DNA of 41,366 bases from a virus (taxonomy: Duplodnaviria; Caudoviricetes), in the IMG/VR virus record IMGVR_UViG_3300037484_000895, positions 1 through 41,366 of that record; one strand, written 5' to 3'. The notes below the pieces were generated by a model. The model did no database searches, was not told the origin of the DNA, and saw only the letters and a program-made list of their open reading frames with translations. Positions within the stretch are counted from its first letter, which is position 1; each line of letters starts with the position of its first letter. The position numbers and the translations under genes are program-made. Shown piece by piece: positions 6,463 to 14,851 of this stretch.

Positions 6463-7083
6463 ATGGAGCCCGCCCTGCGCCTGCCGATCTACCACCGATG
6501 GAAGGGCCGCACGCCCAAGTGGCAGCTCACCCCCGAGATCGAGGCGCAGATCCGTCGGGTCTACCGTGAAAGCACCGGAGACGGAGAGATCCGCGACCTG
6601 GCGAAGCGCCTCGGCATTCCGCGCTGGCGGATCTCCCGGTGGGCGCTGCATCTGGGCGTCGTGGAGCCGCGCCGCAAAGAGCCCGACTGGAACGATGCGG
6701 AGATCGCGGTCCTGAAGCGGTGGGCGCACCTGACGCCGGAGCGGATCCAGATCCGGTTGAAGAGCGCCGGGTTTCATCGGTCGGTCATGGGGATCTTCCT
6801 GAAGCGGAAGCGGATGAGGTTCCTGCGGAACCTGGACGGGTACACCTCCCGGCAGCTTGCGGAGTGCTTCGGCGTGAGCTGTTCTAAAACGGTTACCCGA
6901 TGGATCGAACTCGGTCACCTGAAAGCGGAGCGCCGCGGCACGAATCGGTTGGAGATCCAGGGCGGGGACATGTGGTTCATCCGGGAGAAGGATGTCCGGC
7001 AGTTCATCATCGAGAGCATCGCCCTGATCGACATCCGCAAGGTTGACAAGTTCTGGTTCGTGGACCTGTTGGCGAGAGCGTGA
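6463..7083 (+). CDS. Multi-HTH DNA-binding protein (C-terminal excisionase/MerR-like HTH)
   Basis: IRDLAKRLGIPRWRISRWA; W..AEIAVL; YTSRQLAECFGVSCSKTVTRWIELGHLKA...WFIREKDV. Confidence 0.7.
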   Translation: MEPALRLPIYHRWKGRTPKWQLTPEIEAQIRRVYRESTGDGEIRDLAKRLGIPRWRISRWALHLGVVEPRRKEPDWNDAEIAVLKRWAHLTPERIQIRLKSAGFHRSVMGIFLKRKRMRFLRNLDGYTSRQLAECFGVSCSKTVTRWIELGHLKAERRGTNRLEIQGGDMWFIREKDVRQFIIESIALIDIRKVDKFWFVDLLARA

Positions 7084-7094
7084 GGGAGGGGTAA

Positions 7095-8798
7095 GTGGCG
7101 ACACCGCATGATAGACCGCCCGTCGAATTTTCGGAGTTCCACCTGTTCTGCGGGATCGGTGGCGGAGCCCTCGGCGCCGCCTTCGCCAGGGCGATGTGGC
7201 TTGGCTGTCAGGGATCCATCCGCACCCTCGGCGGTATCGACTCCGACCCGGCCTCCTGCGCCGACTTCGAGCGGTTCACCGGGATCCAGGCGACGTGTCT
7301 GGACCTGTTCGACCGGGAGCAGTACGTCGCGTTCCACGGGAAACAGCCGCCACCCGAGTGGCGGGAGGCGACCCCCGCGGACGTCCTGCGCGCCGCCGGC
7401 GGGATCTGCCCGAACATCATCTTCTCGTCGCCGCCATGCAAGGGGTTCTCCGGGCTCCTTCCGGCCGCCTCCGCGGGCTCGGAGAAGTACCAGGCGCTCA
7501 ACCGCCTGACCACCCGGGCCGTCCGCCTTACCCTCGAGGCGTTCAGGAAGGATCCTCCCGCGGTGTTCCTCATCGAAAACGTGCCCCGGATCCGGACCCG
7601 CGGCGCGGAGCTCCTCGAGGAGATCAAGCGGCTCCTCCGTGGCCACGGCTACCGGGTCACCGACTCGGACCACGACTGCGGGGAAATCGGTGGACTCGGC
7701 CAGCGGCGGAAGCGGTACCTGATGATCGCCAGGAACCCAAAGAAGCTGGCGCCCTTCATCTACCAGCCCCCGAAGCGTCCCCTGAAGACGATCGGCGACG
7801 TGATCGGGCCGCTGGCCCTTCCGGACGATCCGTCTCTCGGGCCGATGCATCGGCTCCCGCGGCTGAAGTGGCTGACCTGGCTGCGGCTGGCGCTGATCCC
7901 CGCCGGCGGGGACTGGCGGGACCTCCAGAAGATCACGCCGGAGGAGTACCGAATCGTCCGAGATGAGAAGAATTTCAACGGATCGCCCGGGCTGTACGGC
8001 GTCAATGCATGGGATGAACCGGCCAAGGCGGTCACGGGCGGGATGCGGGTCCCCTGCTCGAACACCCCGGCCGCGATCGCGGATCCGCGCCTTCCCAACT
8101 CGAAGGGTATCTACCCGAACCGGTTCAAGGTGAACCGTTTCGATGAGCCGGCCCCGACTATCACCGGAGACACGGACGTCCAATGTGGGGCGCAGTCGAT
8201 TGGAGATCCCCGCCTGCATCACGTCCCCCGCCCCGGAGTCTACCGAGTCCTCCGGATGGACGAGGCGTCACCAGCAGTCACCGGTGGCGCCGGAGTTGGT
8301 ACCTCCAACGGTCCCCAGGCGGTCGCTGACCATCGGTTCGGGTGCAAGCCGCGGGGGAACACGAAGGGGCCCATGGGTGTCCAGTCGTTCGATGAACCCG
8401 CCGCAACCGTCTTCGGCTCCCTCGACGTCCACTCTGGGCCCGGAGCCGTATCCGACCCCCGGATCCCTGGCAACGACGAGCGCCCCGACCCGCCGCCGGT
8501 GATCGTCGCCCTCGACGGGACCTGGCATCGCCCGCTGACGACACTGGAGCTGCTCGCCCTGCAATCGTTCCCGGTCCGGTTCGCCGACGGCTCGCCCGTA
8601 GTGCTGGCCGGGAAGAGCGACTCGAGATGGCGGGAGCGTGTTGGAAACGCCGTTCCTCCGGACGCCTCCCGGGGCATCCACGAACAGATCCTCCTCGCCC
8701 TGATCCAACACGTCGCCGGAGAGACGTTCGTCATGGGGTCGACGGAGATCTGGGTGCGGCGCGAAGAGGCACGACGGCTGATCGTCGGGAGGATTTAG
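7095..8798 (+). CDS. dcm: DNA (cytosine-5)-methyltransferase with a repeated variable region
   Basis: Motif I FCGIGG, IV SPPCKGFS, VI ENV, VIII QRRKR, IX/X R.LT..E...LQSFP...GNAV. Confidence 0.92.
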   Translation: MATPHDRPPVEFSEFHLFCGIGGGALGAAFARAMWLGCQGSIRTLGGIDSDPASCADFERFTGIQATCLDLFDREQYVAFHGKQPPPEWREATPADVLRAAGGICPNIIFSSPPCKGFSGLLPAASAGSEKYQALNRLTTRAVRLTLEAFRKDPPAVFLIENVPRIRTRGAELLEEIKRLLRGHGYRVTDSDHDCGEIGGLGQRRKRYLMIARNPKKLAPFIYQPPKRPLKTIGDVIGPLALPDDPSLGPMHRLPRLKWLTWLRLALIPAGGDWRDLQKITPEEYRIVRDEKNFNGSPGLYGVNAWDEPAKAVTGGMRVPCSNTPAAIADPRLPNSKGIYPNRFKVNRFDEPAPTITGDTDVQCGAQSIGDPRLHHVPRPGVYRVLRMDEASPAVTGGAGVGTSNGPQAVADHRFGCKPRGNTKGPMGVQSFDEPAATVFGSLDVHSGPGAVSDPRIPGNDERPDPPPVIVALDGTWHRPLTTLELLALQSFPVRFADGSPVVLAGKSDSRWRERVGNAVPPDASRGIHEQILLALIQHVAGETFVMGSTEIWVRREEARRLIVGRI

Positions 8799-9506
8799 AT
8801 GCAGGACATACGGGTCGATGACGCCTTCTTTGAGCACCCTAAAACCGTCAGGTTCTTCCGGCACACCGGGGACCATGGTATCGCCTGTCTCTTCCGGCTC
8901 TGGTGCTACGCCTCGAAGTATTTCCCCAAGGGCATCTTGACCGGGATGAGCGCCAAGGAAATCGTAGAGGCGGTTCGCTGGAGCGGCGAACCCGGTGAAT
9001 TTATCAATGCCCTGATAGATGCCGGTGGGGAAGCAAAAAAGCCAGGATTTCTCGATATATTATGCGATTCGCAAAGCCAAACGCAAAGCCAAACGCATTA
9101 TGCCCTACATAATTGGAGAAAGCGCAATCCTTACGCATACTTTCGTAAGGAGCGGTCAGAGGTAGCAACCGAGCTTGCGGAGCGCCGTTGGGCGAACAAG
9201 CGAAAAACTAAGAAAATACAAGCACCTAATGCCAAAGGGAATGCAGCTGGCAATGCTCCATCTCCTGATCCTGCTCCTGATCCTATTCCTTTTCCGGAAA
9301 AGAAAGACCTTACGGCAAGCGTCCCGGCCGGGGGCTCTGAGGCCCCCGCCGCTACGCCTAAAGCGACTCGACTGAAAGATGCCTGCGCTTTTATCGGGGG
9401 GTGCGACAAAAGAGGCACGATCGGAACCAATGGTCGGTGGTATTGCCTGCAGCACGATCCGGATCAGGAACAGGGAATTCTCGGCAGTATCGTACGGCCA
9501 GGTTGA
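8799..9506 (+). CDS. Phage replication initiator (O-like / replisome organiser)
   Basis: N-terminal HPKT...GIACLFRLWCYA...G.L...I...VRW.G...F..AL domain, HNW motif, repetitive Pro linker, internal iteron-like repeats. Confidence 0.75.
   Translation: MQDIRVDDAFFEHPKTVRFFRHTGDHGIACLFRLWCYASKYFPKGILTGMSAKEIVEAVRWSGEPGEFINALIDAGGEAKKPGFLDILCDSQSQTQSQTHYALHNWRKRNPYAYFRKERSEVATELAERRWANKRKTKKIQAPNAKGNAAGNAPSPDPAPDPIPFPEKKDLTASVPAGGSEAPAATPKATRLKDACAFIGGCDKRGTIGTNGRWYCLQHDPDQEQGILGSIVRPG
9071..9290. repeat. Iteron-like repeats, putative replication origin within the initiator gene
   Basis: GCAAAGCCAAAC x2 (9071-9094); AATGC at a 12-bp period (9228, 9240, 9252); TCCTGA-type hexamer run; A-rich stretch near 9195-9222. 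Confidence 0.55.
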
Positions 9507-9552
9507 CGGCCCGCAACGCCCACAGACTGGACGAAATAAAAAGGAGGCCCAA

Positions 9553-10293
9553 ATGCTCGAAAGTTTTGCGCTCAACGGCAGAGTCGGAGACATCGGCATC
9601 AAGGACAAGGTGATCGAGGTAAAGCTCGTCTTCCCGAACGACGAGCGGACGCAGGACGAGCTGGCGTTCCTGTTCCCGATCAAGAAGGGCTTGGCGACCG
9701 TGCGGATCCTGGCTGCGGTGAACAAGGGGTACACGCCGGGTCGGCGCCGGTCGGATCGCGACGAAACGGGCACACCGCTGTTGCCCGGGGTGGTGGATAT
9801 GAGCGAAATCTGCCACGCCTGCGGCCGGACCGTGGACTGCGTGAACGAGCCGTTCTTCGCGAAGCCGGTCAAAGACGGCAAGGAGATCATCCTGTGCGAC
9901 GCGTGCTACCGGGTGCCGCAGCCGGAGGAGATCGACACGCCACCGGCGGAGACGCTCCTCGGCCATCCGATCGTCGAGGATCCTTCTCTCCAGTCGGGGG
10001 AGATTGTTTTCGGGACGGCCGAGCAGATCGGCGATCCGGACCTCGTAACCAAATTCACCACCCCCGAGCAGCTCGAGCAGGCCGCGGACGCAATCCTCGA
10101 GGGGGCCCCTCCAGCGACGAAGGTCTGCGCGACCTGCGGCCACCCGTACGCGCAGCCGTTCGTGAAGGAGAAGGCCGGTACCGCTGGCGTCAAGCACTTC
10201 TGGAAGACGACCGAGCGCGACGAGGGGGCCTTTGAGGTCTGCCCGTCGTGTGGCGCCGAGAACCAGTTCCCGGAGGAAGGAGGCGAGGCGTGA
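9553..10293 (+). CDS. Hypothetical protein with two Zn-ribbon pairs
   Basis: AAGGAGG SD before ATG 9553; CHAC/CDAC and CATC/CPSC. Confidence 0.75.
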   Translation: MLESFALNGRVGDIGIKDKVIEVKLVFPNDERTQDELAFLFPIKKGLATVRILAAVNKGYTPGRRRSDRDETGTPLLPGVVDMSEICHACGRTVDCVNEPFFAKPVKDGKEIILCDACYRVPQPEEIDTPPAETLLGHPIVEDPSLQSGEIVFGTAEQIGDPDLVTKFTTPEQLEQAADAILEGAPPATKVCATCGHPYAQPFVKEKAGTAGVKHFWKTTERDEGAFEVCPSCGAENQFPEEGGEA

Positions 10294-10505
10294 CCTTCCT
10301 CCTCGACGCATCCAAGGTCCGCGAGCTGGCGAAGCCCTCGCACGCCAGCTGCCACGGGAACGGGATCTCCGGGTACACAGGGGGCGGGTCGAAGGCCATC
10401 GTCTGCCGTTGCGTCTGGCGGGCGCTGGAGGCGAAGGGGGTCTACCCCGGGAATGCGTCGGCGGTGCGGAAGGCGATCGGGAGAGAGGAGGCGAAGGCGG
10501 GATGA
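10290..10505 (+). CDS. Small Zn-binding protein (HxxCxGxG...CxC)
   Basis: GTGA-coupled; HASCHGNG...VCRC. Confidence 0.65.
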   Translation: MTFLLDASKVRELAKPSHASCHGNGISGYTGGGSKAIVCRCVWRALEAKGVYPGNASAVRKAIGREEAKAG

Positions 10506-10879
10506 CGCATAGCATGGCTTGGTGGATTTTATTCGCGGTGTGCGTGGTGGCCTGTGTGGGAGTAGCCATGGGGTATTGGAGGGAAAAGCGCAAGTCGAAA
10601 GTAAGGGAGGAGTCTGAAATAGAATTTCTGTGTGGAGGCCCTCAGAATCCATCCCTTCAGCGCAAGGACATCGTTTCCTGCGACGGGTGCGGCTGCCTGC
10701 TGCGTAAGGGGTCGCAGTTTAAACAACCGTCAACTGTGGCGATTGCTTGCCGATATGAAATAAATATGAATCCTGCCTGGCAGGGTCCAGTGATCTACGA
10801 ACAGATCGTGGAGCATTACCTCTGCCTCCGCTGCCAGGTCGACGGGAATCCTCCGACGCGGGAGATGAAGCCGTGCTGA
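10502..10879 (+). CDS. Membrane-anchored Zn-ribbon protein
   Basis: ATGA-coupled; N-terminal TM helix followed by a basic stretch; CDGC...CLRC; more AT-rich. Confidence 0.6.
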   Translation: MTHSMAWWILFAVCVVACVGVAMGYWREKRKSKVREESEIEFLCGGPQNPSLQRKDIVSCDGCGCLLRKGSQFKQPSTVAIACRYEINMNPAWQGPVIYEQIVEHYLCLRCQVDGNPPTREMKPC

Positions 10880-11439
10880 TCCTCGGCGTCGACCCCGGGC
10901 CGCAACGCTCCGCCGCCGTCCTGATCGACGAGAAGTTCGAGGTCGTCGTGGCGGAGACGTTCAGCAACGAGAACCTGATCGGCCACATCGAACGCGGCGC
11001 CTGGGATGGGGTGGCGGTCGAGAGCATCCAGTCGTACGGGATGAAAGTCGGCCGCGAGGTCTTCGACACCTGCTACATGATCGGGCGCATCCAGCAGGCG
11101 TGCAAGGGCCAGGGGATGCCCTGCACGCTCTACCCGCGGCAGGAGTACCTGCGAATGCTCTGCGGCGGGAGTCACACGAAGGACTCGATCCTCCGCCAAG
11201 CACTCGAACTGCGCTTCGGCGGGTACGGGGAGACGGTGACCGACGAAGTGATCCCGAACGAGGAGGAGGGCGCGGGCGTCTACATCAACGGGCCGCGGAA
11301 GGGGCAGCCGCGCGTCCGGGTGCTGCGGATCCCGGAACCGCTCCACGCCCTGAACTGCTCGGACAAGCGCAGCGCGTTCGCGGTGGCCTGCTACCACATC
11401 GACGTGATGACGCACGAGAGGGAGGCGGTTCATGCCTGA
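10873..11439 (+). CDS. RuvC-like Holliday junction resolvase
   Basis: ILGVDPG, VAVE and a late SDKRSAFAVA helix, consistent with an RNase H/RuvC fold. Confidence 0.75.
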   Translation: MLILGVDPGPQRSAAVLIDEKFEVVVAETFSNENLIGHIERGAWDGVAVESIQSYGMKVGREVFDTCYMIGRIQQACKGQGMPCTLYPRQEYLRMLCGGSHTKDSILRQALELRFGGYGETVTDEVIPNEEEGAGVYINGPRKGQPRVRVLRIPEPLHALNCSDKRSAFAVACYHIDVMTHEREAVHA

Positions 11440-11599
11440 CATGGCGGTGTGTACCAAATGCGGAGCGAAATGGAGCACGGAGATGTTGGAGCGAAAAGGA
11501 ATAAAGCACTGCCAGCTTTGCAAAGAGCCAGGACTGCGGGTGATGGACGAGCGAGGGGAAGCGAGCGAGGAAACATGGCCGCCGGAGGCGCGGGGATGA
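11432..11599 (+). CDS. 55-aa Zn-ribbon protein
   Basis: Not in the ORF track; MPDMAVCTKCGAKWSTEMLERKGIKHCQLCKEPGLRVM...; GGAGG SD; ATGA-coupled to the next gene. Confidence 0.65.
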   Translation: MPDMAVCTKCGAKWSTEMLERKGIKHCQLCKEPGLRVMDERGEASEETWPPEARG

Positions 11600-11859
11600 G
11601 GCGTGAAAGCGGATGGAGCCGTCATGCGGCGACGCGGAGGATTGCGCGGTGGAAGCGTCGGATGCACCCGCCGGTCATGCCGATGGTGCTGCTCGGCCTG
11701 ATCATGCGGGAGGAGTTCGTCGACTACCTCGCCGCAGAGGAGGAGAGGGTGCTTTACGGGACGGGCATGGAGCAGCCCCGCGGGATCCTGCAGGGCTCAC
11801 TTATCGAAGACATCAAGAGAAGTCGCATCCTGCAGGACGCGAAGGAGCCCGCCCGATGA
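11596..11859 (+). CDS. Hypothetical protein with a capsid-like GxGxxxPxGIL motif
   Basis: ATGA-coupled at both ends; AEEERVLYGTGMEQPRGIL. Confidence 0.6.
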   Translation: MRRESGWSRHAATRRIARWKRRMHPPVMPMVLLGLIMREEFVDYLAAEEERVLYGTGMEQPRGILQGSLIEDIKRSRILQDAKEPAR

Positions 11860-12044
11860 GCAAGATCCTGATCTTCGACATCCCGTACCGCGTCGTCGTC
11901 AAGGCTCCGGAGTACGCGAACATCGAGGAGATCGAGAACCGGATCAACTGTCACATCGCCATCGACATGCCGAACGCGAGGCTGCTGGACATCGAGGCGC
12001 GTCCCGCGCGGGTCGAGGTGATCGACGGGTGGGAGAAGGAATGA
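11856..12044 (+). CDS. Hypothetical protein (62 aa)
   Basis: ATGA-coupled with SD; MSKILIFDIPYRVVVKAP... Confidence 0.65.
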   Translation: MSKILIFDIPYRVVVKAPEYANIEEIENRINCHIAIDMPNARLLDIEARPARVEVIDGWEKE

Positions 12045-12241
12045 CGTTCCGCCCCCGCCTCGTTCCCTGCCCGAACGGATGCACGACGGTCTTCGGCGAA
12101 GAGAACAGGGGCGTGCGGGTCGAGTACGCGACGAATCCGGATTGTACACTGTGCGGCGGGCGCGGAGAGGTCATCGAGATCGAGCGGGACGGGAAACTTT
12201 GGAAGCGTTGCGCAGTGAACCTCCAACCGAAAGGAGAATGA
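12041..12241 (+). CDS. Small Zn-finger protein (DnaJ-like CxxCxGxG)
   Basis: CPNGC...CTLCGGRG. Confidence 0.65.
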   Translation: MTFRPRLVPCPNGCTTVFGEENRGVRVEYATNPDCTLCGGRGEVIEIERDGKLWKRCAVNLQPKGE

Positions 12242-12242
12242 T

Positions 12243-12542
12243 ATGGCCGGTGGTCCTGTCGCATCGCCGTTGTTCCCTGCGCTGCACAAGATGATGGCGG
12301 AGAACGAGGAGAAGGCCAAACAGCTCCTGGATGTCGCCAGCGATCTGCGGTCCCGCATCATGGGGCCGGGCGTCTTAGATGATGGCGTGAAGGAGGGCCG
12401 GGATCTCCCTGGCGGGTATTTTGGAAATTATATCGGCAGTGCTTTGAAGCAGTCGGCGATTCTGGATGAGCTGCGGAAAGTTCTCGATGGGATTGCCGAA
12501 GAGATGCCAAAAGATGAACCGGTCATGGCGGTGAGGCGATAA
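12243..12542 (+). CDS. Hypothetical helical protein
   Basis: AAAGGAG SD; 99-aa ORF in operon orientation. Confidence 0.65.
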   Translation: MAGGPVASPLFPALHKMMAENEEKAKQLLDVASDLRSRIMGPGVLDDGVKEGRDLPGGYFGNYIGSALKQSAILDELRKVLDGIAEEMPKDEPVMAVRR

Positions 12543-12561
12543 GGGCGGGCGCACAGTTCCC

Positions 12562-13002
12562 GTGCGCACCCTCCGCCAGCACGTCTCCGAGGCCGAGCGG
12601 ATCATGTCCATCCTCGGCGTGCGGACGCTGCTTCCGACGAAAGAAAGGCGTGCTCCGGTCAAGGTCGCCGTCTTTAACGCGCAGATGATCTACGCGATGT
12701 CGATCCGCCGGGTGGTCGAGCGGTTCGACCGGACGAAGCAAGCGGTGATCTATCTGCGGGCGTCGGATGAGACGGCGGGCGAGGTGTGGCGGTCGATCCC
12801 GCAACACGCGGTCTGCCCGCTGTGCCTGCGCCGCGTGCCGGAGGAGCGGATCGGCAAGGGCCGCGTGTTCTGCAAGAGGTGCGGGAAGCACGTGTGGCCG
12901 AGGAACTACCAGGGACTGGTATCGGCGGACATTCGGTCGATGCGGGCGGCGCTTAGGAACGGAACGATCCCATGCAAGGCGGAGAAGGGGGAGCGGGGAT
13001 GA
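12562..13002 (+). CDS. Zn-ribbon protein, possible late-gene activator/antiterminator
   Basis: Degenerate sigma4/HTH-like segment ([18 protein letters not shown]) followed by CPLC/CKRC; located near the end of the early operon. Confidence 0.5.
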   Translation: MRTLRQHVSEAERIMSILGVRTLLPTKERRAPVKVAVFNAQMIYAMSIRRVVERFDRTKQAVIYLRASDETAGEVWRSIPQHAVCPLCLRRVPEERIGKGRVFCKRCGKHVWPRNYQGLVSADIRSMRAALRNGTIPCKAEKGERG

Positions 13003-13811
13003 GCGAGGGGCGCGAGTTTATCGCAAAGACGCGCCTATATAACAATTTGCTACGCGAAGCGCGCATAGAGGCCGGATGTAAGACCTGCATGGATCTTGGA
13101 CGCGCCGTGTACCCAGATGGGCCGGAAGGAAGATGGTTGTATGTGGCGCAACTGGAATCGTTCACCGTAAAACCGACAAGGAAGTGCACTGATGGCGGAT
13201 TTAAATGGAGGGAGGTTGCGGTTGATATAGCGTGCTTCCTCAATCTCGATCCAGAACAATTGTGGCCTCCTGAATTTCAGAAAGTATCCAGCGTGAAGCC
13301 AGTATTCCGGCTTCTTTCTCTGGACGAGGCGAAGCAAATTGCCGGCCACGTTGATCCGCTTGCCTTGCTGGATGAAAACCCCGGACCTGAAGAGCAGTTC
13401 GAAATTAAGGAACTGAAACAGCAGGTCGAACGTGCGCTTAGTAGGCTCACTCCGCGCGAGCAAAAGATTCTCCGGATGCGGTTCGGTATCGGCGAGAAAT
13501 CCGATCACACTCTCGAAGAAGTTGGGCAAGAATTTAAAGTGCAGAAAGAGCGGATCCGCCAGATTGAGGCGAAGGCTCTTCGGCACCTCCGTCACCCACA
13601 CAATAGCAATCTGCTGCGGCCGTTCCATCATGATTCCGGGTTATCGAAAAAACCAGAACGCGAGGTGGACCCGCGGGAACCGTTCCTCGCCGAAAACCAA
13701 GACAGGGGAATTGCCGTGAAAAAGAAGTTGATACGCGCTGAGCGCGCAAAAAAGGCAGCACTTGAGAAATTCGTAAGATGGCGAAATGAAAACAAGGAGG
13801 TGACAGGTTGA
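12999..13811 (+). CDS. Sigma70 region-4 domain protein fused to an N-terminal HTH-like domain (no region 2)
   Basis: [51 protein letters not shown] is nearly RpoD region 4; ATGA-coupled; more AT-rich. Confidence 0.85.
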   Translation: MSEGREFIAKTRLYNNLLREARIEAGCKTCMDLGRAVYPDGPEGRWLYVAQLESFTVKPTRKCTDGGFKWREVAVDIACFLNLDPEQLWPPEFQKVSSVKPVFRLLSLDEAKQIAGHVDPLALLDENPGPEEQFEIKELKQQVERALSRLTPREQKILRMRFGIGEKSDHTLEEVGQEFKVQKERIRQIEAKALRHLRHPHNSNLLRPFHHDSGLSKKPEREVDPREPFLAENQDRGIAVKKKLIRAERAKKAALEKFVRWRNENKEVTG

Positions 13812-14026
13812 CCGACTCCCGCTGGCTGTCAGGCCGCAAGGACATCGCGGACCACCTGAGCGTGACGGGCCGCACGGTGTCACGCCTGCTCGCGAAGTAC
13901 CCGGACTTCCCGGTGTCCTTCCTTGGGCGGAAGATGATGGCGAAGCCGGAGGACATCGACGCATGGGTCCGGAAGCACGCGGCGAAGCCGTGCGCGGAGT
14001 GCGGCGGGATGCGCATCGATGCCTAA
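13808..14026 (+). CDS. Excisionase-like HTH protein
   Basis: [22 protein letters not shown]...P.......A..EDIDAW; TTGA overlap. Confidence 0.75.
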   Translation: MTDSRWLSGRKDIADHLSVTGRTVSRLLAKYPDFPVSFLGRKMMAKPEDIDAWVRKHAAKPCAECGGMRIDA

Positions 14027-14123
14027 GTGGACAAACGAGGACATTCCCATAATTTGTCACCTTGCGCACCCCCCCCGAATAACCCCATATTTACACCACC
14101 CGAATAATCTCTGCAGCATTTCA

Positions 14124-14154
14124 AAGGCCCCGCCCACGCGGGGCTTTTTCTTTT
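14124..14154 (+). terminator. Intrinsic terminator at the early/late boundary (tR'-like)
   Basis: GCCCCGC-CCAC-GCGGGGC followed by TTTTTCTTTT. Confidence 0.85.
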
Positions 14155-14165
14155 GGAGCGGAGGA

Positions 14166-14348
14166 ATGTGGCGGATCATCGGCACCGATAAGATCACGAT
14201 GAAGGTCGTCGAGGTGACAGTGGCGGACAACCCCGCCGAGAAGGAAATCATCTTGCGCCAGGAGGCCCGGAACTACGACGACCTGCGGGCGGTGCCGCTG
14301 CGGGCGTTGCCGCCCGGGGCGCGTATGCGGATGCAGGCGACGGCATGA
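14166..14348 (+). CDS. Hypothetical protein (60 aa)
   Basis: SD before ATG 14166; ATGA-coupled to terS. Confidence 0.6.
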   Translation: MWRIIGTDKITMKVVEVTVADNPAEKEIILRQEARNYDDLRAVPLRALPPGARMRMQATA

Positions 14349-14851
14349 GCTGGGGCAATAAGCCGGGCGTCAACACGCAAGCCGCGAAGACGGCCCGCCG
14401 GAAGAAGTTGTTCCTGATCGCGTTCGGGCGCAAGGCGTGCAACGTCACGGCGGCGTGCAGGGCCTCGGGCATTACCCGGGCGCAACTCTACACGTGGCGC
14501 AAGTCCGATCCGGCGTTCGAGGCTGGATTCCTCGAAGCCGACGATCAGGATCTCGACTTCACGGAATCGAAACTCAAGAAGGCGATCCAGAACGATCAGG
14601 GATGGGCGATCTGTTTCCACCTCAAGTGCAAGGGCAAGAAGCGCGGATGGGTGGAGCGCCAGGAGGTCACCGGAGCAGACGGCGTGCCTCTGCATGGCGC
14701 AGCGTCCGAAGAAGAAGAGCGCCGTCTGAGGAGCATGCCGCTCGATGATCTCAAGCGAATCCGAGACATTTACCGAGCAGGAAGCGCCGCTGCCGTCGTG
14801 GGAGGCGGTGGACAGGGTCCTCGCGGAGAGGAGCCTGCGCGAGTTCATTGA
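14345..14851 (+). CDS. terS: Terminase small subunit
   Basis: CNVTAACRASGITRAQLYTWRKSDPAF HTH; AICFHLK...RGWVERQEVTGADG.P motif; precedes TerL. Confidence 0.88.
   Translation: MSWGNKPGVNTQAAKTARRKKLFLIAFGRKACNVTAACRASGITRAQLYTWRKSDPAFEAGFLEADDQDLDFTESKLKKAIQNDQGWAICFHLKCKGKKRGWVERQEVTGADGVPLHGAASEEEERRLRSMPLDDLKRIRDIYRAGSAAAVVGGGGQGPRGEEPARVH

Noticed and set aside
1134-10505. c-type haem motifs in the Cys-rich proteins (CENCGH, CATCGH, CDCWCH, HASCH)
   Set aside because: None is an exact CxxCH and the proteins lack export signals; Zn binding is more plausible
14745-14851. 107-bp terS/terL overlap as a special dual-coding element
   Set aside because: Terminase subunit overlaps are common, and the true terL start may lie further downstream
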